From positions 1,560,001 to 1,592,000 of the forward strand of contig NZ_CP080507.1 in the NCBI RefSeq assembly GCF_019464535.1: a stretch of DNA of 32,000 nucleotides. The letters run 5' to 3'. The first letter of the stretch is position 1. Each line of letters opens with the position of its first letter. The position numbers and the translations under genes were made by a program. A model generated the notes under the pieces. The model ran no database searches. It was not told where the DNA came from and saw only the letters and a program-made list of their open reading frames with translations. Positions 8,491 to 14,261 of this stretch are shown one piece after another. Origin of the DNA: Horticoccus luteus. Lineage in GTDB: Bacteria > Verrucomicrobiota > Verrucomicrobiia > Opitutales > Opitutaceae.

Positions 8491-8700
8491 TCAGCGGACG
8501 TCGGCAAACCCCATGACGCGTTGCCCGATTTTCTGCTCGGCGGCGGCGAGATCGTCGGCGCACTGGTGGAAATGCTCGGCGACGACCGCGCTGCTGGTGG
8601 TGTTCGCGATTGCTCGATAGGTGCGGATGCGAGCGTTCACGCATTGCAGGTGATCCTGCACGTGCCCGAGCCGAATCATCTCCTGCTCGGAAGCGGTCAC
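8491..8700 (-). CDS. hypothetical early protein (69 aa, GTG start)
   Basis: Track ORF. GTGA overlap with the stop of the Ner-like gene (8697-8699). Confidence 0.45.
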   Translation of the reverse strand: MTASEQEMIRLGHVQDHLQCVNARIRTYRAIANTTSSAVVAEHFHQCADDLAAAEQKIGQRVMGFADVR

Positions 8701-8888
8701 CGAAGCGCCTCCCCTTGGATGAGCCGCGACAGCGGACCATTACGCCGACCTTTGATCGCGGCATAAACGGTGCCTGCTTTGTGGCCGGTCTGGCGAATAT
8801 ACGCGGCGATAGTCCCGTGCTTCGCGATGAGGCCAGCTTTGACCTCATTTCCCATCGGGCTGCTTTTTTTCTTGTGGGGTTTGCGCAT
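8697..8888 (-). CDS. ner: Ner-like early transcriptional regulator (Cro analogue)
   Basis: 63 aa from ATG 8888-8886 (the track ORF is 16 codons longer). NEVKAGLIAKHGTIAAYIRQTGHKAGTVYAAIKGRRNGPLSRLI aligns by eye with Mu Ner DVIAGLKKRKLSLSALSRQFGYAPTTLANALERHWPKGEQII. It is the first gene of the early operon and divergent from the repressor. Confidence 0.65.
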   Translation of the reverse strand: MRKPHKKKSSPMGNEVKAGLIAKHGTIAAYIRQTGHKAGTVYAAIKGRRNGPLSRLIQGEALR

Positions 8889-8969
8889 GTTATGCGAATG
8901 TGTCGTAAATTTGTTACGAGCATTCCGCAAATGCAAGATTCAAATCGCAACTTTTACGAAGATTTCGGA
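8889..8969. promoter_or_regulatory. divergent early/repressor promoter-operator region
   Basis: An 81-nt AT-richer spacer between the Ner-like gene (-) and the repressor (+). Palindrome TCGTAA-ATTTG-TTACGA (8903-8919) is nested in the imperfect outer arms TGCGAATG (8893-8900) / CATTCCGCA (8921-8929). A third TTACGA half-site lies at 8954-8959. Confidence 0.5.
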
Positions 8970-9575
8970 ATGCGCCTCGCGTTCATTCGCAAAGCACGCG
9001 GGTTGACCCTCAGCGAGCTGAGCAGTGGATCAGCCTCCACCGCGAAGAGCTGGGAGGCTGGCAGCCGACCCCGATCGGATCAATGGGAGGCTGTGGCGGG
9101 CCGTCTCGGCCTTTCGGTCAGCTTCGTATTTCTGGGTGTGCCGAAGCTGCGGGAGGATTTCGATTTTATCGCAAAATTTGCTGACGAGGTCGGGAAGCCG
9201 CCTGACGCGTCCGCTGTCGTTGCGGCTGAGGATCGAGGCACCTATGGAACTCCGGCCTCACTGCGCACAGAGGCTCGCGCGGAATTGGAGCGTGCAATCA
9301 ACGCCGCTGGTGACGACATCACGCGGCTAGGTTGGATCGTCCATCAGATCCGGCTGCATCTTACGCCGGCCGGTCACGGGCAACCGGCCGCGCTCAGTCA
9401 GATTCGGGAGCGCGCTCAAGAGATGCGAGACCGCGCGGCCAAGCTGCCCGCTGGCAGCGAGCGGAACGTCCTGATCAACGCCGCCGCGTTGCTCGAGCAG
9501 AGCGAAGATAATCTGGAGCGTGATCGCGGGGCATTCCGGGCCAAGCGTGATCATACGGAAAGGAGCGCCAGTTAG
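8970..9575 (+). CDS. XRE/Cro-CI-type prophage repressor (Mu c analogue)
   Basis: 201 aa from ATG 8970. An in-frame ATG at 8931 is possible, but the 13 codons between have low GC3. MRLAFIRKARGLTLSELSS... is a canonical XRE HTH N-terminus, followed by a long helical C-terminal domain. Divergent from the early operon. Confidence 0.7.
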   Translation: MRLAFIRKARGLTLSELSSGSASTAKSWEAGSRPRSDQWEAVAGRLGLSVSFVFLGVPKLREDFDFIAKFADEVGKPPDASAVVAAEDRGTYGTPASLRTEARAELERAINAAGDDITRLGWIVHQIRLHLTPAGHGQPAALSQIRERAQEMRDRAAKLPAGSERNVLINAAALLEQSEDNLERDRGAFRAKRDHTERSAS

Positions 9576-9814
9576 TCATGAAGCATTCGTGCGATTCCCT
9601 CGGCCTTCGCCCTGAGTTCCTCGGTCAACACCCATGCGGAAAGACGCCGCGCATTGAGCCGCTCCAGCTCGAAATCGTAATCACGGATCATCTCCTCGGT
9701 GATCGCTCGCATCTCCGCAGCCGTGCGTGCCCGCGCCAAGCGGTGCCGGTAGTGGGCCGCGTTGGGTTTTTGGGGGAGATCAAGCGAAAGCTGAAACGAG
9801 ACGACTTTACCCAC
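9572..9814 (-). CDS. possible small helical protein (80 aa, GTG start), convergent with the repressor
   Basis: The C-terminal 60 aa (NAAHYRHRLARARTAAEMRAITEEMIRDYDFELERLNARRLSAWVLTEELRAKAEGIARMLHD) look protein-like with moderate GC3. The start is uncertain: GTG 9814 with AGGGGA 12 nt upstream, or ATG 9946. The stop codons of this ORF and the repressor overlap (TTAG, 9572-9575). Confidence 0.35.
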   Translation of the reverse strand: MGKVVSFQLSLDLPQKPNAAHYRHRLARARTAAEMRAITEEMIRDYDFELERLNARRLSAWVLTEELRAKAEGIARMLHD

Positions 9815-9916
9815 TGGACGGGTGTTTCCCCTAGTGACGCGGCGGCTCGTAGCGGCGTGCAATAGGAAAAATCGCTGCCGCTCATGAATCCTGCTTGCGC
9901 TCTCTTCCGCACCCGT

Positions 9917-9935
9917 TCCTGTCGGTTTTCGACAG
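9917..9935 (+). promoter_or_regulatory. 7-bp perfect inverted repeat (candidate operator for the RHH protein, or a small hairpin)
   Basis: CCTGTCG-GTTTT-CGACAGG followed by TTTG, ending 10 nt upstream of the ATG at 9945. Confidence 0.4.
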
Positions 9936-9944
9936 GTTTGCTGC

Positions 9945-10349
9945 ATGGCCGATTCCTTGGGCGGAGCGTTCCCTCGCCGGGTGGCTGCCGTATCGGGTTC
10001 GATCAACCTTCTCCCCACCGTTGCCAAATATGCCAAGGCGCGCGCCGAGCAGCTCGGCGTGACACCGTCCCTCCTTCTGCGGTTGCTCTTGCAGAACTAC
10101 CTCTACGGGCCACCGCTCGGCTTGCCTCCTCATCTGGGGAAGCGAGATCGATTAAAGCGGCAGCCGGTGCAGTGCTCGCTGCCGGGGAGCTTGCGGCGGG
10201 CCGGCAAGGCCGCTGCCAAGCGGTGGAAAATGTCGTTCAGCGAACTGATGGAATCGCTCCTGGCGGCCGATGCAGACCGGGGCGAAGACACGCTGCGCAT
10301 CTTTCCTCCCCACAAGAAACCGAAACCCGATACTGAAATCCAGCTATGA
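9945..10349 (+). CDS. tandem ribbon-helix-helix (CopG/Arc-type) DNA-binding protein
   Basis: 134 aa with two consecutive strand-helix-helix units: INLLPTVAKYAKARAEQLGVTPSLLLRLLLQNYL and VQCSLPGSLRRAGKAAAKRWKMSFSELMESLLAAD. ATGA overlap with the downstream lipoprotein gene. Confidence 0.6.
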   Translation: MADSLGGAFPRRVAAVSGSINLLPTVAKYAKARAEQLGVTPSLLLRLLLQNYLYGPPLGLPPHLGKRDRLKRQPVQCSLPGSLRRAGKAAAKRWKMSFSELMESLLAADADRGEDTLRIFPPHKKPKPDTEIQL

Positions 10350-10738
10350 TCCCCAAAGCCTGCCTCCTTGCCTTCATCCTCGCGTGCGCGCTGTTCGCCG
10401 GCTGCGCGTCGCCCACCTTCAGCACCGAGCAGATCGAGGCGAATGTGACGGAGCCCACGCCGTCCGCCGTCGAAACGAAGGTCCGCGACTTTATGGAGCT
10501 TCGCCTGAAAGACCCGGCCAGTGCGGAGTATAAAGTCGGAACGCCGGAAAAGACCGTGCTCACCACAGCGGGCAAGCCGACGTTCGGATGGAAAGTCTCA
10601 GTCCTGATTAATGGGAAGAACAGCTACGGTGGATACACCGGCTTCGAGGGATACGCATTCTTTTTCGTGCACGATCAGATCGTCAGCTACCAGGACCCGG
10701 AGATGGCGAAGATGGGCTGGTGGACCCCCGTGAAGTAA
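10346..10738 (+). CDS. prophage-encoded lipoprotein
   Basis: 130 aa. Signal peptide plus lipobox MIPKACLLAFILACALFAG|C. The mature part contains INGKNSYGGYTGFEGY. Confidence 0.7.
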   Translation: MIPKACLLAFILACALFAGCASPTFSTEQIEANVTEPTPSAVETKVRDFMELRLKDPASAEYKVGTPEKTVLTTAGKPTFGWKVSVLINGKNSYGGYTGFEGYAFFFVHDQIVSYQDPEMAKMGWWTPVK

Positions 10739-10752
10739 TATCTACACAACTG

Positions 10753-10914
10753 ATGCACACCCTCGGCTGGATTGTTGCGGCGGTGGTGGGATTGATCGCG
10801 AGCGTGGCAGTGCTCGTGTGGTGCCTCGACGCGGCGGGGCTCGGTCCGGAAGATCGCGAGGCGGAAGCGGCGCGGACGTTTGATCGCGAGCGGGATCTCC
10901 GATGCCTCAAATAA
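10753..10914 (+). CDS. small single-pass membrane protein (53 aa)
   Basis: Start taken at ATG 10753 (MHTLGWIVAAVVGLIASVAVLVWCL...), followed by a charged C-tail. The track ORF begins 11 codons earlier, inside the lipoprotein gene. Confidence 0.5.
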   Translation: MHTLGWIVAAVVGLIASVAVLVWCLDAAGLGPEDREAEAARTFDRERDLRCLK

Positions 10915-10933
10915 TCGATGCGTGGGACAGCAA

Positions 10934-10961
10934 TTGACCCACCCTTACCGTAGTTTAGTAT
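10934..10961 (+). promoter_or_regulatory. sigma70-like promoter candidate for the two-gene cassette
   Basis: TTGACC (10934-10939), a 16-nt spacer, then TAGTAT (10956-10961). It sits in a 47 % G+C spacer (hand count of 10921-10980). Confidence 0.35.
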
Positions 10962-11007
10962 TCCCTAATTATCCGAGCTTCAATAGTTGGAGCCCATCCA
11001 TTACCCC

Positions 11008-11958
11008 ATGAGCAACGTAAGCAAGCGGCTGATATATCAACGCACGGATTGGCAAATTCCCAGCACCGATCGGCTCCAGCAACTATTTCAGAGAGCACTC
11101 ACCCAACGTGCAGGTGATGCCCGTGCTCAGCCAATTAGTGAGGACGCTTCAGCGACCGCAGGGACGTGGCGAAAGATCACCTATGCCAGTGACAGGAATG
11201 GCTGCGCATTCGGCAAGCTGGTCCAGTTTACACACGGCTTGCGGCAGGAAACCGTGCGCGTGCGGCAAGATGGAGCGGAACCTCCGGAAGGTTCAGTCGC
11301 CGCGCCCGCTGGTGAAGAGTTTTCCGGCGGGGCACTCTACTTTTGCTTTGATGGCGATCACGTCGTCGTCGCCCAATCGCAGTCTTTGCGTATCAGTCAG
11401 CTTGAGGAATATCTCAATTGGCTCCTCAGAGAGCAGCTTCCAGCGGGGAACTTCGTCACGCTCCTCTCGCTTCCACCTGCGGCTGGTCGTCGCATTCTTG
11501 AGCGCACTCCCCCGACATCGGTGATGTTTTCCCGGCCAGTCGAACTTCCGAGCAATGATCAAACCGGCGCGGCGCAGTTTAATCGTGATGCGAAAATCGA
11601 TGCCCTTCAAACGTTCCTTGGAGTGGACGACCTCCGCACGATGATGCCACACGACGTCGCTGCGGGAGGGCGTGTCCAAACGTCCATACGATTATGGTGG
11701 ACGAAGAAGACGGGCGGCGTTCGCCCCGACGAGTTCTTGCAAGGTTTGGGGCGGGTGGGTTTGCGGATGCTCGACGAAGACCCCTCGGTCGACATTGCGG
11801 TCGATGTTGGGGCTACTACGCTCACCAGGCGCCAATTAAGCATGGCTGAGTCATGTTCGATCGCATTGGTCGAGGGGCGGGTTCCGCCGGAGACGGTCTG
11901 GGATAGGATGTTGCGATTTTTAGCGCGGTTGCGGGAACGCGGAGAGATCCTAGACTGA
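11008..11958 (+). CDS. 316-aa soluble protein of unknown function; candidate sensor of a RexAB-like two-gene exclusion cassette
   Basis: ATG 11008 (the track ORF begins at TTG 10987). No TM segment and no assignable catalytic motif. Atypical codon usage (ATA, TTA, CTA, AGT, CAA, GAT frequent) and lower G+C than the flanks. GGALYFCFDGDHVVVAQSQSLRISQLEEYLNWLL recalls lambda RexA FLFVEGDTIGFARTVFGPTTSDLTDFL and an RdgC segment, by eye only. Confidence 0.65.
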   Translation: MSNVSKRLIYQRTDWQIPSTDRLQQLFQRALTQRAGDARAQPISEDASATAGTWRKITYASDRNGCAFGKLVQFTHGLRQETVRVRQDGAEPPEGSVAAPAGEEFSGGALYFCFDGDHVVVAQSQSLRISQLEEYLNWLLREQLPAGNFVTLLSLPPAAGRRILERTPPTSVMFSRPVELPSNDQTGAAQFNRDAKIDALQTFLGVDDLRTMMPHDVAAGGRVQTSIRLWWTKKTGGVRPDEFLQGLGRVGLRMLDEDPSVDIAVDVGATTLTRRQLSMAESCSIALVEGRVPPETVWDRMLRFLARLRERGEILD

Positions 11959-11968
11959 CTCTGTGCGT

Positions 11969-12496
11969 ATGAAAAAGGAGAGCGGCTTTCTGGTCTTGAT
12001 TGGTCTGCTCGGAGCAGGGGCGGGTGGCTGGGCCGCGGACATTTTCGGCGCGAGAGCCGTGGGCAGCCTCCTGATGTACTCGGGCGGATTGGCCACCGCC
12101 TTCTTCTTTGTCGCACGAATGATAAACGCGGCCTTCAATGCAATGACTGAATTGCAAGCGTTTGATCGGCTGACGCGCGACAGGTATGAGCTCGCGATCC
12201 GCACGCTTCGGAGGCGCTTCATCGTGCGCTTGATAGTCGGACTCGCCCTTTCTTTCCTGACCGTGGGAGCAGGTGTGCTCCTGAAAGAGGCGGTGGCCCA
12301 ATCTACAAGGATGACTATGAGCCTCGCAGCTTTTGGAGGAGCGGCGCTGTTGGTGGCAGCCGTTATGGTTGGCGCACAGCTCTGGGCTGCCAGTTGGGCA
12401 GGCGATTACATTGCAGAGTGCAAGCGCATAGCTCGCGAGCAAAACTCTACGCGGGAACGTCTGGCTAATTATTCTCTAGGAAAGCTGCACACCTAA
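11969..12496 (+). CDS. 175-aa four-TM membrane protein; candidate effector partner
   Basis: ATG 11969 (GTG 11963 is an alternative), 10 nt after the upstream stop. Hydrophobic helices are FLVLIGLLGAGAGGWAADIF, AVGSLLMYSGGLATAFFFVARMI, IVRLIVGLALSFLTVGAGVLL and MSLAAFGGAALLVAAVMVGAQLW. Arg-rich central loop and charged C-tail. Tandem TAATAA stops. Confidence 0.7.
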   Translation: MKKESGFLVLIGLLGAGAGGWAADIFGARAVGSLLMYSGGLATAFFFVARMINAAFNAMTELQAFDRLTRDRYELAIRTLRRRFIVRLIVGLALSFLTVGAGVLLKEAVAQSTRMTMSLAAFGGAALLVAAVMVGAQLWAASWAGDYIAECKRIAREQNSTRERLANYSLGKLHT

Positions 12497-12509
12497 TAAA
12501 CAGTGACCC

Positions 12510-12540
12510 AGCCCCGGCTTGAACCGCCGGGGCTTTTTTG
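12510..12540 (+). terminator. rho-independent terminator closing the cassette
   Basis: AGCCCCGGC (12510-12518), loop TTGAACC, GCCGGGGCT (12526-12534), then a T-run to 12539. It begins 14 nt after the stop codon. Confidence 0.75.
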
Positions 12541-12555
12541 TGTCGGTGCGCCGGC

Positions 12556-12583
12556 CAAATTCGCACCGGTCAGTGCGAATTTG
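12556..12583. repeat. perfect 11-bp inverted repeat (candidate protein-binding site)
   Basis: CAAATTCGCAC-cggtca-GTGCGAATTTG with no following T-run. It is followed by three CCAA(T/C)G copies (12585-12608). Lies between the cassette terminator and the first late/lysis-side ORF. Confidence 0.4.
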
Positions 12584-12652
12584 CCCAATGCAGCCAACGG
12601 GGCCAATGGGCTCAGTGACTCGCTCGTGACCGGCTGATATTCTGCGGGGGCA

Positions 12653-12901
12653 ATGACCCCGCCTCGGCCCACGCCGCTTCTCGGATTTGAGACGCCTTAC
12701 GTCAAGGCAGGAGACGTCGTGCTCCCGGTTCTCGCGGGCGTAGGCAAGGACGCCGAGCTGTGCGCCACACCCGCGATGTGGCGGCGCATCTTCGACGTCC
12801 TGGAGCCGCTCGTGCGCGAGGCGCGCGGCGACGCGGGCTCCGCTGTTCCTGCTTCGGTCGGCCGCGCGCCGATCCTCAAGCCCAGCCGCCGCATCCTCTG
12901 A
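12653..12901 (+). CDS. hypothetical protein (82 aa)
   Basis: Track ORF with high GC3 and GGGGG 3 nt upstream of the ATG. No motif recognised. Confidence 0.5.
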   Translation: MTPPRPTPLLGFETPYVKAGDVVLPVLAGVGKDAELCATPAMWRRIFDVLEPLVREARGDAGSAVPASVGRAPILKPSRRIL

Positions 12902-12911
12902 TTTTTCCACC
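12898..12911 (+). promoter_or_regulatory. conserved intercistronic 14-mer CTGATTTTTCCACC (copy 1)
   Basis: Identical 14-mer at 25279-25292. Here its TGA is the stop of the upstream ORF, and the holin-like ATG follows 12 nt downstream. Confidence 0.35.
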
Positions 12912-12922
12912 CGTATCCAACC

Positions 12923-13117
12923 ATGAAAGACACCATCCTGTCCCTCATCCGTCACGGCCTCACCTTTGGCGGCGGCTTCCTCGCTGCCAAGGGTCTCATC
13001 ACCGAGCCCACGCTCGCGACCCTCGTGCCCGCCGTCGTCGCTGCCATCGGCGCGATCTGGGGCGCCAGCGACGAATACCTCGCCGCCAAGAAGGCGAAGG
13101 CGACGCCCGCCGCCTGA
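12923..13117 (+). CDS. holin-like small membrane protein
   Basis: 64 aa. Two hydrophobic segments (GLTFGGGFLAAKGLI and LATLVPAVVAAIGAIWGA) and a Lys-rich C-tail. It heads a block containing spanin-like genes. The call is compositional/positional. Confidence 0.5.
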   Translation: MKDTILSLIRHGLTFGGGFLAAKGLITEPTLATLVPAVVAAIGAIWGASDEYLAAKKAKATPAA

Positions 13118-13119
13118 CC

Positions 13120-13431
13120 ATGTGGGCCGCGGTCACCGCCATCTTCACCGCGCTCGCCGAGTGGCTGCGCCTGAAGCAGCTCACCGCGGCCTACGATCTC
13201 TCCCGTCGTATCGAAACCGACATCGAGGCCGATGAAACCGCGCTCCTCCTGCTCCGCCATCACACTGACGATGATGCTCAGCGTGCTGCTGACCGGCTGC
13301 GGCAGCGTATCATCCGGACCCAAGGCGTCGCCGTCTGCGCCGCTCAACATCTACCAGCCGCGGGTGCTCCTGCTCAAGGCGGGCCAGCCAATCCAGACGG
13401 CGGCGGGGATCTACACCCCGCAAACGGATGA
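13120..13431 (+). CDS. possible i-spanin-like / lysis-associated protein overlapping the next gene
   Basis: 103 aa. N-terminal hydrophobic WAAVTAIFTALAEWL, then a charged helix. GC3 is high only for the first ~45 codons, after which the +1 frame carries the codon bias. Confidence 0.4.
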   Translation: MWAAVTAIFTALAEWLRLKQLTAAYDLSRRIETDIEADETALLLLRHHTDDDAQRAADRLRQRIIRTQGVAVCAAQHLPAAGAPAQGGPANPDGGGDLHPANG

Positions 13432-13525
13432 GACCTGGCACAGCCCGGCCGCATTCGAAGCACTCGAACAGGAAACCCTGAACCTTTCGGCCGCGCTCGC
13501 CCAGGAGCGCGCCCGCACGAAATGA
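13232..13525 (+). CDS. lipoprotein (o-spanin-like), starts inside the preceding gene in the +1 frame
   Basis: 97 aa. MKPRSSCSAITLTMMLSVLLTG|C lipoprotein signal. GC3 about 85-90 % from 13232 onward. ATGA overlap with the next gene. Confidence 0.65.
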   Translation: MKPRSSCSAITLTMMLSVLLTGCGSVSSGPKASPSAPLNIYQPRVLLLKAGQPIQTAAGIYTPQTDETWHSPAAFEALEQETLNLSAALAQERARTK

Positions 13526-14001
13526 TCCCGCTCTTCGCCCAAACCACGCCGTCGCCCGCGGCCGTCGCCTCCTTCGTCAATGTCGTCGAGGTCGCGGCCT
13601 GGCTCGCGGTCGCCTTTGCCGCCGTCGTCGTCGCCTGGCGGCAGATGACGGGGAAGAGCGAGGAAACGCGCATCAGCCCATCGCCCCTCGAAGTGAAGCA
13701 ACACGCCCGCCTGGCGAAGTGGGAGGAGCTGGAGACGGTGAAGGCCGAGGCGCACGGCCGGATCAGCCGCGAGCGCAAGGAGATCGACGCCGCGATCGTC
13801 CGCGTGGAGCAGCAGCAGCGCGCGCTGGGCCTGCGCATCGACGACGACCTGCGCGAAATCCGCGACGCGATGCAGGCCAATAACGAGGCCGCGGAGAAGC
13901 GCGTCGAGCGGATCAACGCCCGGCTCGACAACCTCAACACCGTCGTGACCGACCTGCCCGGCCGGATCGTGGGCCTGATCGATGGCGCGAAGCACCTCTG
14001 A
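13522..14001 (+). CDS. membrane-anchored coiled-coil protein (Mu gp25/DUF2730-like or i-spanin-like)
   Basis: 159 aa. One TM (VVEVAAWLAVAFAAVVVAW), then a long charged helix (EELETVKAEAHGRISRERKEIDAAIVRVEQQQRALGLRIDDDLREIRD...). Confidence 0.55.
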   Translation: MIPLFAQTTPSPAAVASFVNVVEVAAWLAVAFAAVVVAWRQMTGKSEETRISPSPLEVKQHARLAKWEELETVKAEAHGRISRERKEIDAAIVRVEQQQRALGLRIDDDLREIRDAMQANNEAAEKRVERINARLDNLNTVVTDLPGRIVGLIDGAKHL

Positions 14002-14003
14002 CC

Positions 14004-14261
14004 ATGTCGCCGCTCGTCATTCGCAAAACCATTCTCGCCGAACTCGCCGCCGCGCCCGTCGAAGGGCTCACGCAGGCCGGGCTCCTCACGCTCGTCGCGC
14101 TGAAGCTGCCCGGTGTCACCATGGCCGATCTCGCCGACGAGCTGTCCTGGCTGCGCGATCACGCGCTCGCCGTCTTCACCGCGCATCCTCTCGACGAGGA
14201 CAACCGCGAACTGCGCACCTGGGCCGTGACCCAGCCCGGCCGCCTCGCTCTCAAGCAATGA
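14004..14261 (+). CDS. hypothetical protein (85 aa), possibly winged-helix
   Basis: Track ORF with high GC3. It is 2 nt after the upstream stop and has an ATGA overlap with the downstream ATG at 14258. Confidence 0.5.
   Translation: MSPLVIRKTILAELAAAPVEGLTQAGLLTLVALKLPGVTMADLADELSWLRDHALAVFTAHPLDEDNRELRTWAVTQPGRLALKQ

Noticed and set aside
8423-8950. Minus-strand ORF 8423-8950 (175 aa) and the 5' extension of plus ORF 8610-9575
   Set aside because: They overlap the Ner-like and 69-aa genes out of frame and run through the AT-richer operator region. The repressor's HTH starts at the ATG at 8970, and the upstream extension is Arg/Pro-rich nonsense.
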